A stretch of DNA of 64,000 nucleotides from Paracoccaceae bacterium (GTDB lineage: Bacteria; Pseudomonadota; Alphaproteobacteria; Rhodobacterales; Rhodobacteraceae): assembly GCA_965221845.1 (NCBI GenBank), contig OZ244919.1, positions 698,334 to 762,333 of the forward strand. Reading direction: 5' to 3'. Within the stretch, counting starts at the first letter, position 1, and each line of letters starts with the position of its first letter. The position numbers were made by a program, and so were the translations under genes. Below the pieces are notes generated by a model. The model had not been told where the DNA came from. It saw only the letters and a list, made by a program, of their open reading frames with translations, and did not search any database. Below, piece after piece: positions 27,398-36,753 of the stretch.

Positions 27398-27997
27398 ATG
27401 GGAATGTCGATACTCATTACCGGCGGCGCGCGCTCCGGGAAGAGCCGGCTTGCGGAGGGCTGGGCGGCGCGGGACGGCGCCGCCGTCTACATCGCCACGT
27501 GCCGCGCCGGGGACGCCGAGATGGCGGCCCGCATCGACGAGCACCGCGCCAGGCGCGGCCCGGAATGGACGACCCTGGAAGAGCCGACCGATCTCGCGGG
27601 CGCGCTTGACGGCACCGACGGCCGGGGCACGCGGGTCGTCGACTGCCTGACGCTCTGGGTGGCCAACCTGATGGAGGACGGGCACGACCGGCAGGGGGCG
27701 GCCGAGGGCCTCGTCGGGGCGCTGCGCCGCCAGGCTTCGCCCGTCATGCTCGTCACCAGCGAGGTCGGCTCGGGAATCGTGCCGGAGAGCCGCCTGGCCC
27801 GCGACTTCCGCGACGCCCTGGGCCTCGTGAACCAGGCCGTTGCCAATGCCGTCGACGAGGTCTATCTGGCCGTGGCAGGACATCCGTTGAAGGTGAAGCC
27901 CCATGCCGCTTTCCAGCATGACAGCGCTGAATCAGATCGTCGGCCTGGCGCCGGATCTCCCCGCGTTCGACAGCGACAGCGCCGAAGCGGCGCTTGA
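27398..27997 (+). CDS. cobU: bifunctional adenosylcobinamide kinase / adenosylcobinamide-phosphate guanylyltransferase
   Basis: ILITGGARSGKSRLAE P-loop, VDCLTLWVANL, LVTSEVGSGIVPE. The last 30 or so codons are low complexity and overlap cobT by 95 nt. Confidence 0.85.
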   Translation: MGMSILITGGARSGKSRLAEGWAARDGAAVYIATCRAGDAEMAARIDEHRARRGPEWTTLEEPTDLAGALDGTDGRGTRVVDCLTLWVANLMEDGHDRQGAAEGLVGALRRQASPVMLVTSEVGSGIVPESRLARDFRDALGLVNQAVANAVDEVYLAVAGHPLKVKPHAAFQHDSAESDRRPGAGSPRVRQRQRRSGA

Positions 27998-28916
27998 ACG
28001 GCAGAACCGGCTCACCAAGCCTCCCGGCTCGCTGGGAGCGCTCGAGGATCTCGCGGCGTTCATGGCGGGCTGGCAGGAATCCGCGCGGCCCGTGATCGGG
28101 ATCGCCCAGGCCCTCGTCTTCGCGGGCAACCACGGCATATGCGGCCGGGGGATAAGCCCGTACCCGCAGGCGGTGACCGCGCAGATGGTCGCCAACTTCG
28201 AGGCAGGCGGCGCGGCGATCAACCAGCTCTGCAAGGCGAACGGCGCGGAGCTTTCGGTCATCGCGCTTGACCTCGACCGGCCCACCGAGGACTTCACGAA
28301 AGGCCCCGCCATGACGGAGGCGGACTGCCTGGACGCCGTCAAGCGCGGCGGCGGCGCCGTGAACCGCGGCGCCAGCGTCGTGGTTCTCGGCGAAATGGGC
28401 ATCGGCAACTCGACGGTTGCCGCCGCGCTGTCCGCCGCGGTCTTCGGCGGCGACGCCCGGGAATGGGCCGGCCCGGGAACGGGGCTGGATGCGGACGGAA
28501 TCGCGCGCAAGGCGCGCGTGGTCGAGGAGGGCCTGGCCCTTCACGGCGGCAAGGCGCCCCTCGAACAGCTGGCCGCGCTGGGCGGCCGGGAGCAGGCGGC
28601 CATCTGCGGCGCGGTGCTTGCGGCCCGGGAAGCCAGGATCCCGGTCATCCTGGACGGCTACATCTGCACCGCAGCGACGGCGCCGCTCCACGCCGTCGAC
28701 CGGGAGCTGACGGCCCACTGCCTGATCGGGCATCGCAGCGCCGAGCCGGGACATCGCAGGCTCATCGAGGCCCTCGGCAAGGAGCCGGTGCTCGACCTCT
28801 CCATGAGGCTTGGAGAGGGAACGGGGGCGGCGCTGGCCCTGGGCGTGCTCAGAAGCGCGCTGGCGTGCCACAACGGAATGGCGACGTTCGCGGAGGCAGG
28901 GGTCGCCGAGGCGTGA
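27903..28916 (+). CDS. cobT: nicotinate-nucleotide--dimethylbenzimidazole phosphoribosyltransferase
   Basis: LTKPPGSLGALEDLA, VFAGNHGI, GEMGIGNST, LSMRLGEGTGAALA. Confidence 0.9.
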   Translation: MPLSSMTALNQIVGLAPDLPAFDSDSAEAALERQNRLTKPPGSLGALEDLAAFMAGWQESARPVIGIAQALVFAGNHGICGRGISPYPQAVTAQMVANFEAGGAAINQLCKANGAELSVIALDLDRPTEDFTKGPAMTEADCLDAVKRGGGAVNRGASVVVLGEMGIGNSTVAAALSAAVFGGDAREWAGPGTGLDADGIARKARVVEEGLALHGGKAPLEQLAALGGREQAAICGAVLAAREARIPVILDGYICTAATAPLHAVDRELTAHCLIGHRSAEPGHRRLIEALGKEPVLDLSMRLGEGTGAALALGVLRSALACHNGMATFAEAGVAEA

Positions 28917-29662
28917 GCGCGGTCCGTGCCAGATGGCTTGAGATCGTTCTTGCATTCGCCGTCCTGACCCGGCTGCCATGCGGCCGGGAGCCGTGGGAGC
29001 GCGCGAAGATCGGCGACGCGGCATGGGCCTTCCCGCTGGTCGGCGTCGCCGTCGGGCTCGTCTCCGGATCCGCCTATCTTGCCGCCGCCTCGGCGCTCCC
29101 CGCCCTGCCGTCGGCCGTTCTCGCCATGATTGCGGCGATGCTGGCGACCGGAGCGCTTCACGAGGACGGGCTTGCGGACGTGGCCGACGGGTTCGGCGGA
29201 GGCGCGTCGCGGGACGACAAGCTTCGCATCATGCGCGACAGCCGGGTCGGCAGCTTCGGCGTGGTCGCGCTGATCGCCGCATTCGGCGTCACGGCCGGCT
29301 CGATGGCGACCGCGCCGGCCGACATGCGCACCCTGGCCTGGTTTGCCGCCGTCGGCGCCTGCAGCCGTGCCGCGATGGTCCTTCCCATGGCGCTTCTGCG
29401 GCCCGCCCGGACGGACGGGCTCGGACATGCGGCCGTCCTGGCCCGGGGCTGGCGGTTCTGGACCGCGATCGCGCTTGGCGCCTGCGCCGCGCTCGGCGCC
29501 GCCCCCCTGCTCGTTCCCGCGACGGCACTGGCCGCGGCGACCGCGGTCCTGCTCGCGAGGCGCCAGGTCGGCGGCCAGACCGGCGACGTGCTCGGCGCGA
29601 CCCAGAAGGCCTGCGAATGCGCCTGCTGGCTGGCCCTGGCTGCGCAGGCGGGCGCCCGGTAG
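28913..29662 (+). CDS. cobS: adenosylcobinamide-GDP ribazoletransferase (cobalamin synthase)
   Basis: GTG start in a GTGA overlap with the cobT stop. FAVLTRLP, HEDGLADVADG and GGQTGDVLGA motifs. Multi-pass membrane protein. Confidence 0.9.
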   Translation: MSAVRARWLEIVLAFAVLTRLPCGREPWERAKIGDAAWAFPLVGVAVGLVSGSAYLAAASALPALPSAVLAMIAAMLATGALHEDGLADVADGFGGGASRDDKLRIMRDSRVGSFGVVALIAAFGVTAGSMATAPADMRTLAWFAAVGACSRAAMVLPMALLRPARTDGLGHAAVLARGWRFWTAIALGACAALGAAPLLVPATALAAATAVLLARRQVGGQTGDVLGATQKACECACWLALAAQAGAR

Positions 29663-29711
29663 CGAAGCGCCGTCCCCGGGGCGCCCGGTAGCGAAGCGCC
29701 GTCCCCGGGGC
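29652..29711. repeat. perfect tandem duplication of a 30-bp unit spanning the cobS stop codon
   Basis: gcgcccggtagcgaagcgccgtccccgggg occurs twice back to back (29652-29681 and 29682-29711). Confidence 0.8.
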
Positions 29712-29846
29712 GTCCGGTCGCGGACGGGATCGCGAGGAGCGGCGCGCGCCGCCGCCGGGACGCAGGCCGCCGATCGCGTCCGGCGATGGAATCTTGCGGG
29801 CCGCTCGGCTACGGCGTGCAATGACATCAGGATTCGGAGGAAACCC

Positions 29847-31547
29847 ATGCCCATCGAACCGGCAAGCGCCCCGAGCGGCGCGGAGGCCATGGTGCGGATG
29901 CTCGAAGCCCACGGCGTGCGGCACGTGTTCGGGCTCTGCGGGGACACGACGCTGCCCTTCTATGACGCGCTCCACCGCCTCGACCACGGGATATCGCACG
30001 TCCTCACCCGCGACGAGCGCTCGGCGGCCTACATGGCGGACGGCTACGCCCGGGTGACCGGACGGCCCGGCATCTGCGAAGGCCCTTCGGGCGGCGGCGC
30101 GACCTACATCCTGCCGGGGCTCGTGGAAGCGAACGAGAGCTCCATCCCGATCCTGTCCATCACGTCCGACGTCAGCACGCGCGCAAGGGGCCGCTACCCC
30201 CTGACCGAGCTGGACCAGGAAGGGCTCATGAGACCGCTGACCAAGTTCAGCCAGGTCATCCAGCATGCCGACCAGGTCCCTGCCGCGGTTCGCGCGGCCT
30301 TCCGGAAGATGACCACCGGACGCCCCGGCGCCGCGCATCTCGGCTTTCCCATCGACGTCCAGCGCGGACAGGCGGATCCGGGGGACATCTGGTCCGATCC
30401 GGCGCACGCGACGTTCCCCGCGTTTCCGGCCGGCCCCGACGCGGCGGCCGTCGAGGCCAGCCTCGACGCGCTGCTCTCCGCCCGCTTTCCGCTGATCATC
30501 TGCGGCGGAGGGGTCGTTCTCGCGCGCGGCGAGAGCGAGCTGAAGGCGTTCGTCGAGGCCCTCGACATCGCGGTCGCCACGACCGTCAGCGGCCAGGGCG
30601 CGCTGCCCGAGACCCATCCCAACTGCATCGGCGTGGTCGGCTCGAACGGCGGCGTTCCCGAAACCCGCGAGGTGGTCGAGATGGCCGACCTGGTGCTCTT
30701 CGCGGGATGCAGGGCCGGGTCGGTGACGACCGAGCTCTGGCGCCGTCCCGCAACGGGGACGCGGATCCTCCACGTCGACAGCGATCCCGAGGTGATCGGC
30801 GCCTCGTACAGGACGGAGGTCGCCGTGGTGTCCGACGCGCGCCTCGCGCTCGCGGCGCTGAACGCCGCCCGCGCCGCCCGCGACGTGACGCGAGGCTTCG
30901 GCGGCGCCGCCGCCATCGCGGATCCAAAGGCCCGCAAGTGGCGGAAGTTCCGCGCCCTGGCGGAGCGCGCGGACAGGCCGATCCTTCCGGAACGGACCGT
31001 GGCGGCGCTGCGCCGGGTTCTCGACGACGACGCCATCGTCGTCGGCGACCCCGGCACGCCCTGCCCCTACATCTCGGCGTACTACGAGCTGAACGCCTCC
31101 GGGCGCGGGCTCTTCTCCAACCGCGCGCACGGCGCTCTCGGCTACGCGCTCCCCGCCGCCGTCGGGGCCGCGGTCGGGGCGCCCGGCCGAAAGGTGGTGA
31201 GCCTGATGGGTGACGGCAGCTTCGGCTTCACCTGCGGCGAGCTCGAGACCGTCGCGCGCCTGGGACTGCCGGTGACCTTCATCGTGTTCTCGAACGCGTC
31301 GTACGGCTGGATCAAGGCCGGCCAGAAGTCCGCGTTCGGCGGACGCTACTATTCGGTCGACTTCGACCGCACCGACCACCGCGCGGTTGCGGAGGCGTTC
31401 GGGGTCCGGGCGTTCCGCGCCGATGACCCGGAAGCGCTTGAAGCCACGCTGCGCGAGGCGGCAGAGTGCCCGGAACCCACGCTCGTCGACGTGATCAGCC
31501 AGCCGCTGCAGGACGCCCGCGCGCCCGTCAGCGAATGGATAGCCTGA
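29847..31547 (+). CDS. thiamine-pyrophosphate-binding enzyme (acetolactate-synthase-like family)
   Basis: Internal ATG of ORF 29343..31547 with GGAGG upstream. GAEAMVRMLEAHGVRHVFGLCGDT, GPSGGGATY, LMGDGSFGF TPP motif. Confidence 0.85.
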   Translation: MPIEPASAPSGAEAMVRMLEAHGVRHVFGLCGDTTLPFYDALHRLDHGISHVLTRDERSAAYMADGYARVTGRPGICEGPSGGGATYILPGLVEANESSIPILSITSDVSTRARGRYPLTELDQEGLMRPLTKFSQVIQHADQVPAAVRAAFRKMTTGRPGAAHLGFPIDVQRGQADPGDIWSDPAHATFPAFPAGPDAAAVEASLDALLSARFPLIICGGGVVLARGESELKAFVEALDIAVATTVSGQGALPETHPNCIGVVGSNGGVPETREVVEMADLVLFAGCRAGSVTTELWRRPATGTRILHVDSDPEVIGASYRTEVAVVSDARLALAALNAARAARDVTRGFGGAAAIADPKARKWRKFRALAERADRPILPERTVAALRRVLDDDAIVVGDPGTPCPYISAYYELNASGRGLFSNRAHGALGYALPAAVGAAVGAPGRKVVSLMGDGSFGFTCGELETVARLGLPVTFIVFSNASYGWIKAGQKSAFGGRYYSVDFDRTDHRAVAEAFGVRAFRADDPEALEATLREAAECPEPTLVDVISQPLQDARAPVSEWIA

Positions 31548-32680
31548 TGGCCGGCACCGCGCACCGCATAGCCGGGTTCCGCGTCCATGTGGTGCGCGTG
31601 CCCGCCAGGGCGACGCACTCCCACGGCTCGGGCGACGTCTCGGGCATCGACGCCGCCCTCCTGGAGCTTTCCACCGACACCGGGCTGACCGGCTGGGGCG
31701 AGGCGTCTCCCTGGCCCGTCTTCACGGGCACGGTCGAGGCATCGGCGGCGGCGCTCCACACGCACCTGCGGCCGCACGTGGTGGGCGCGGACCCGGTGCA
31801 GGCCGAGCGGCTGATGCATGTCGCGGACTCCGTGCTCGCGGGGCATCCGGAGGCCAAGGCGGCGCTGGAATGCGCCCTGCTCGACCTCGCCGGCCAGATC
31901 GCGGGGCTTTCCGTCGCGGAGATGGCGGGCGGCGTCTCGCGCACGGAGATCGGCCTGAGCTTTTCCGTGGCGAACCCGGACTTCGGGGCCGATCTCGAGG
32001 ACGTCGCGCGCCTCTGGGAGGACGGCGTGCGCCTCTTCAAGCTGAAGACCGGGTTCAGGGACCACGCATTCGACCTGATGCGGCTCGAAAGGCTCCGCGC
32101 GCTCCACGGCGACGAGATCGGCCTTCGAATCGACTACAACCAGGGGCTTGCCGCCCATGACGCCATCCGCACCGTGCGCGACCTGGAATCCTTCCGTCCG
32201 GACTTCGTCGAGCAGCCTGTCAGGCGGCACGAGCGCGCGGCGCTTGCCGCGATCACCCGGGCCGTGGACGTCCCCGTCATGGCGGACGAGAGCGTGTTCG
32301 GCGTGGCCGACGCCCTGGAAGGCGCCCGCATGAGGATCGCCGACATCTTCTCCCTCAAGATCATGAAGGCCGGCGGCATCCGGCGCTGCCTGGAGGTGGC
32401 CGCCGTGGCGCGCGCCGCCGGAATCGGGGTCTATTGCGGCTGCATGTTCGAGACCTCGATAGCGCACGCCGCGGGAACGCACCTGGCGGCGGCGCTGCCC
32501 GAACTGACCCTTGGCTGCGAGTTCTACATGTCGCGCTATCTTGCCAGCGCCGACATCGCCGACCCCGGGCTGCCGGTGTCGGACGGCAAGGTCCGGCTGC
32601 CGCAGGGCGCCGGCCTGGGCGTCAGGCCGGACCCGCATGCGCTGGAGAGGCACCGGACCGAGCTGCTCGACAGGCGGTGA
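31547..32680 (+). CDS. enolase-superfamily enzyme (mandelate racemase / muconate lactonizing enzyme family)
   Basis: ATG overlaps the preceding stop (TGATG). LFKLKTG, LRIDYNQG, FVEQP, VMADESV, IFSLKIMKAGG. Confidence 0.85.
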   Translation: MAGTAHRIAGFRVHVVRVPARATHSHGSGDVSGIDAALLELSTDTGLTGWGEASPWPVFTGTVEASAAALHTHLRPHVVGADPVQAERLMHVADSVLAGHPEAKAALECALLDLAGQIAGLSVAEMAGGVSRTEIGLSFSVANPDFGADLEDVARLWEDGVRLFKLKTGFRDHAFDLMRLERLRALHGDEIGLRIDYNQGLAAHDAIRTVRDLESFRPDFVEQPVRRHERAALAAITRAVDVPVMADESVFGVADALEGARMRIADIFSLKIMKAGGIRRCLEVAAVARAAGIGVYCGCMFETSIAHAAGTHLAAALPELTLGCEFYMSRYLASADIADPGLPVSDGKVRLPQGAGLGVRPDPHALERHRTELLDRR

Positions 32681-32824
32681 GGCCGGCCATGCGGGACGGA
32701 CCTCCCCGTCCGGCCGAGGGCGGCGCCGCTCGCCGGCGAAGCGCCGTTCCCGCCCCAAACCGCCCTGCCGGCGTCGGTTCGAGGCGGTTCCGGCAGTGCG
32801 GGGCGCAGGATAAGGAGACGGCAA

Positions 32825-34051
32825 ATGCGCCTGCTGGTCACGTTTGCGGCCCTGCTCATGTCCGTCCTGCTGCTGCAGCTCGGATCGGGCGGCCTCGCGC
32901 CTCTCGACGCCATCTCGGGGATCCAGCTCGACTTCACGCGTTCCGAGGTCGGGCTCCTGGGCTCCGCGCACTTTGCCGGCTTCTTCGCCGGCTGCGTCTG
33001 GGCGCCGCGGATCCTCGGCGAGGTCGGGCACTCCCGGACCTTCGCGGCCTTCACCGCGGCAGGCACGATAGGCATTCTCGGCCACGTGCTGGTCGTCGAC
33101 GCAACGGCCTGGATGGTCATGCGGGTGCTTTCGGGGATGTGCATCGCGGGCTGCTACACGGTCGTTGAAAGCTGGCTCCAGGCGAAGGTCACCAACGCGA
33201 CAAGGGGCCGGGCCATGGGCGTCTACCGCGTCGTCGACATCAGCGGGGCGCTGGCCGCCCAGCTGATGATCTCGGTCCTCGAGCCCGCCAGCTACGTCTC
33301 GTACAACATCCTGGCGCTGATCTGCTGCGCGGCGCTCGTGCCGCTCGTCCTGACCAGGATCGAGCAGCCCCCGGTGCCGAAGGCCCGGCGGCTCCGGCCC
33401 GGGCTCGCGTGGAGGCGCTCCCCGCTGGCGGTCGCCGCCGTCGTTTCGGCGGGCCTGACCGCCGCCTCCTTCCGGATGGTCGGCCCGATCTACGGGATCG
33501 AGATCGGGCTCTCGACCGACGACATCGCGCTGTTCCTGGCCGCCTTCGTCCTGGGCGGGGCGCTGAGCCAGTATCCGGTCGGCTGGGCCGCCGACCGCCA
33601 CGACCGCCGCGTCGTGCTGATCGTGCTCTCGGCGCTCGCGGTCGTCTCCTGCATCGTGATGGCCGTCCTTTCCCCAAGCGGCACGGGCCCGGCGTTCGCC
33701 GCGGCAGGGCTGTTCGGCGTGATCACGTTTCCCATATATTCCGTCGCCACGGCCCATGCACACGACTTTGCCAGCCAGGACGAGCGCGTGGATCTCTCGG
33801 CGGCGTTCCTGTTCCACTACGCGGTCGGCGCCATCGCCTCGCCGTGGCTGGCGGCGTCGCTGATCGAGTGGTTCGGCCCCGCCGCCATGTTCTCGTTCGT
33901 GTCGCTGGCGCACGCGGTCCTGATCGCGTTCGGCCTTGTCCGGATGCGGAGCCGGAGCGCGCGGACCCGCACGCGCTACGTCTACGCGCCGAGAACCTCG
34001 TTCGTCATCGGGCGGCTTCTGGGGCGGATCCGCGAAGGAAGGGACGGATGA
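32825..34051 (+). CDS. MFS transporter
   Basis: 408 aa with about 12 hydrophobic segments. AAGGAGA upstream of the ATG. Confidence 0.85.
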   Translation: MRLLVTFAALLMSVLLLQLGSGGLAPLDAISGIQLDFTRSEVGLLGSAHFAGFFAGCVWAPRILGEVGHSRTFAAFTAAGTIGILGHVLVVDATAWMVMRVLSGMCIAGCYTVVESWLQAKVTNATRGRAMGVYRVVDISGALAAQLMISVLEPASYVSYNILALICCAALVPLVLTRIEQPPVPKARRLRPGLAWRRSPLAVAAVVSAGLTAASFRMVGPIYGIEIGLSTDDIALFLAAFVLGGALSQYPVGWAADRHDRRVVLIVLSALAVVSCIVMAVLSPSGTGPAFAAAGLFGVITFPIYSVATAHAHDFASQDERVDLSAAFLFHYAVGAIASPWLAASLIEWFGPAAMFSFVSLAHAVLIAFGLVRMRSRSARTRTRYVYAPRTSFVIGRLLGRIREGRDG

Positions 34052-34262
34052 GGCCGCCGGCGACCCGGCCAGGCAGCGGGTCACCCTGCCGGCAGCGCAA
34101 GCTGGAAACCGCCGCCGATGTCGGGCCGTCGCCAGGGCCGGTGCTGTTGAGGCAGGGCGCAGGACGGCGGTCGCGCACGGCCTCGCTTCTTTCCTTCAAA
34201 GTGACCCACGCCCGGGCCGCCGGGCGGCTTGCACGATCAGGAAGCCGCGCCTATGTTCGGGC

Positions 34263-34532
34263 ATGAGCGACGCGCCGGACACTCACGCACTCGCCCGGCA
34301 GGTCGCCGTCCTGGAGGAACGCATGAACACGATGGACGAACGTTACGACAAGGGCTGGGCCTTGCTGCGCGAAGACATGGCGAAGCGTGACGCGGAAGCC
34401 GCGAAGCGTGACGCGGCGCGCTCGGAGCGGGAGGCGACCGCGCGCTGGTGGCAGACGGCCATCCTGATCGCCGCCCTTGCGGCACTGATCACCTTCGCGC
34501 CCGACCTGCAGCGGCTGGCGGCCGGCCTCTAG
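34263..34532 (+). CDS. small hypothetical coiled-coil protein with a C-terminal transmembrane helix (89 aa), copy 1
   Basis: MSDAPDTHALARQVAVLEERMNTMDERYDKGW...AKRDAEAAKRDAARSEREATARWWQTAILIAALAALITF. Internal ATG of ORF 33936..34532. No family recognised. Confidence 0.45.
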   Translation: MSDAPDTHALARQVAVLEERMNTMDERYDKGWALLREDMAKRDAEAAKRDAARSEREATARWWQTAILIAALAALITFAPDLQRLAAGL

Positions 34533-34943
34533 CAGGAAGGCAGCGCCATGGCTCGCGGACGCGCGGCGCTGCGCGCTTGGCGCGTCCTGCGCGGAAGGCG
34601 CGGCGAACCGCGCCAGTGCCCGGTCCCTCGGCCTCAAGATGGCGCTCTGACCAGCTCGGGACGCGACACGGGGCGGCGAGGCAGCCCTTCATGTTCGCGG
34701 GCCCCGGCGAGCGTGATGCCCGTCAGGCGACTGGCCGCCGGCGACCCGGCCAGGCAGCGGGTCACCCTGCCGGCAGCGCAAGCTGGAAACCGCCGCCGAT
34801 GTCGGGCCGTCGCCAGGGCCGGTGCTGTTGAGGCAGGGCGCAGGACGGCGGTCGCGCACGGCCTCGCTTCTTTCCTTCAAAGTGACCCACGCCCGGGCCG
34901 CCGGGCGGCTTGCACGATCAGGAAGCCGCGCCTATGTTCGGGC

Positions 34944-35234
34944 ATGAGCGACGCGCCGGACACTCACGCACTCGCCCGGCAGGTCGCCGTCCTGGAGGAA
35001 CGCATGAACACGATGGACGAACGTTACGACAAGGGCTGGGCCTTGCTGCGCGAAGACATGGCGAAGCGTGACGCGGAAGCCGCGAAGCGTGACGCGGAAG
35101 CCGCGAAGCGTGACGCGGCGCGCTCGGAGCGGGAGGCGACCGCGCGCTGGTGGCAGACGGCCATCCTGATCGCCGCCCTTGCGGCACTGATCACCTTCGC
35201 GCCCGACCTGCAGCGGCTGGCGGCCGGCCTCTAG
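34944..35234 (+). CDS. paralogue of the small coiled-coil/TM protein (96 aa), copy 2 with one extra heptad
   Basis: Identical to copy 1 apart from an additional AKRDAEA repeat. Internal ATG of ORF 34548..35234. Confidence 0.45.
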   Translation: MSDAPDTHALARQVAVLEERMNTMDERYDKGWALLREDMAKRDAEAAKRDAEAAKRDAARSEREATARWWQTAILIAALAALITFAPDLQRLAAGL

Positions 35235-35405
35235 CAGGAAGGCAGCGCCATGGCTCGCGGACGCGCGGCGCTGCGCGGAAGGCGCAGCGAACCGCGCCAG
35301 TGCCCGGTCCCTCGGCCTCAAGATGGCGTTCTGACCAGCTCGGGACGCGACACGGGGCGGCGAGTCAGCCCTTCATGTTCGCGGGCCCGGCGAGCGTGAT
35401 GCCCG

Positions 35406-35669
35406 TCAGGCGACTGGCCGCCCGGGCGTGGCGTCCTGCAGTGCCAGCGCCTCGCGCAGCAGCGCGTCCGCCCGTGTCTGCCAGCCACGGCCATCGGCCT
35501 TCAGGCGCTCGACGATGTCGGGGTCGAGCCTCATCGTCACGCGCCGCTTGCGCAGGTCGGCGGGCATGGGAGAGCGGCCGAGGCGAACCGCATGCGTCAT
35601 GTCCGCCCTGGTGATTTCGCGCAGCTCGCCATCCCCGCCGACGAGAGGCTTTCGATCAGCTGCCTTCAT
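35406..35669 (-). CDS. brnA: BrnA-type (ribbon-helix-helix) antitoxin
   Basis: 87 aa. KRRVTMRLDPDIVERLKADGRGWQTRADALLREAL matches the BrnA/DUF4415-type C-terminal motif as I recall it. Confidence 0.7.
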   Translation of the reverse strand: MKAADRKPLVGGDGELREITRADMTHAVRLGRSPMPADLRKRRVTMRLDPDIVERLKADGRGWQTRADALLREALALQDATPGRPVA

Positions 35670-35826
35670 GGAGCTTCCTTTCCCGCCCGCTCGCCTTCCT
35701 CAGGGAGATCACGCGCATCGCGTCTCCCCGGAAAGTGAATGCCACGACCGCCACCTGGCCGTGCGGGCGGCCAAGGCACACCCGGCGCCCTTCCGGGAAT
35801 TCGCGCGCTTGCGGCAGGCCCGCGAT
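35656..35826 (-). pseudogene. brnT: 5'-truncated BrnT-type toxin remnant
   Basis: My own translation is EFPEGRRVCLGRPHGQVAVVAFTFRGDAMRVISLRKASGRERKLHEGS*. This resembles the C-terminal half of BrnT toxins (..RIISARKA...E...Y). It has no start codon, begins right after the suhB stop, and overlaps the brnA start. Confidence 0.5.
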
Positions 35827-36615
35827 TCACGGGCCGCGGACCGCCCTGGAGAAGGCCTCGTGGATTCCGGAGCTGGCTGCCAGCACGTCTCCGGTCACGA
35901 GCGGGTTGGTGTTCGCGACCATTCCGTCCACGAACCCTCCTGCCTCGCGCACGAGCAGAATGCCCGCCGCGATGTCCCAGGGACGGAGGTTTCGCTCCCA
36001 GAACCCCTCGTAGCGCCCCGCCGCGACGTATGCCAGTTCGAGTGCAGCGGCCCCGAGCCCCCGCACGCCGGCGGACATCGGCAGGAGGGCGGACAGATCC
36101 CGGACCGTTTCCGGAAGCTTCGGCCTGCTCGCGAACGGAAGGCCGGTCGCGAAGACCGACTCGATCATCCGGCGCCGGTCGCTCACCCGCAGGCGCTGCG
36201 CGTTCAGCCATGCTCCCTGGCCCTTCTCCGCGACGAACATCTCGTCCTTCGCGGCGTCGAAAACGACGGCCGCGGTGACGTCGCCCTTGTGCTCCAAGGC
36301 GATGGAAATCGCCCAGTGCGGCAGTCCGTGCAGGAAGTTCGTGGTGCCGTCCAGCGGGTCCACGATCCAGCGCCGCGTCGGATCCTTCCCCGCCTCCTCG
36401 CCGCTTTCCTCGCCAAGCCATCCGTAGTGCGGGCGGGCCTCGCCAAGCGTCTCTCGGATGATGCCCTCGGCCGCAATGTCCGCCCGGCTGACGAAGTCGC
36501 CCGCGCCCTTCGAGGAGACGTGCAGGCTCTCCACCTCGCGAAAGTCCTTCGCGAGGCCTCTTCCGGCACGCCTTGCGGCCTTGACCATGACGTTCAGGTT
36601 GGCGCTTCCCTGCAT
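35827..36615 (-). CDS. suhB: inositol monophosphatase family protein
   Basis: 262 aa. WIVDPLDGTTNFLHG and WDIAAG motifs. Confidence 0.9.
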   Translation of the reverse strand: MQGSANLNVMVKAARRAGRGLAKDFREVESLHVSSKGAGDFVSRADIAAEGIIRETLGEARPHYGWLGEESGEEAGKDPTRRWIVDPLDGTTNFLHGLPHWAISIALEHKGDVTAAVVFDAAKDEMFVAEKGQGAWLNAQRLRVSDRRRMIESVFATGLPFASRPKLPETVRDLSALLPMSAGVRGLGAAALELAYVAAGRYEGFWERNLRPWDIAAGILLVREAGGFVDGMVANTNPLVTGDVLAASSGIHEAFSRAVRGP

Positions 36616-36753
36616 CCGGCGGGTTTAGGCAGATCGCGCAGGCCCATCAACCGGAAAGCGGCGCCGGCCCGGCAGCGCCCGCCTGGTCCGCGAGGCGTCC
36701 CGGGCGACGGCGCCTCCGTCACGACGGCGCCCTCGCGCGGAATCGCGCGACGG

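Larger units (their letters stand above)
34059..35422 (+). repeat. tandem duplication of a unit of about 680 bp (34059-34738 and 34739-35422)
   Basis: The two units are near-identical. Each junction carries GGCCGCC (34052-58, 34732-38, 35416-22). Unit 2 has an extra 21 bp (one more AKRDAEA) and a deletion of about 17 bp relative to unit 1. Confidence 0.9.

Noticed and set aside
29289-34084. 696-aa and 911-aa minus-strand ORFs (29289..31379 and 31349..34084)
   Set aside because: They are antisense to the TPP-enzyme, enolase-superfamily and MFS genes. They contain no motifs and have Arg/Gly/Pro-rich composition.
34059-35422. The tandem repeats here and at 29652-29711 and 50404-50435 as CRISPR arrays
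   Set aside because: There are only two units, or a 7-nt unit. There are no unique spacers between the repeats and no cas genes, so they are simple duplications or a microsatellite.
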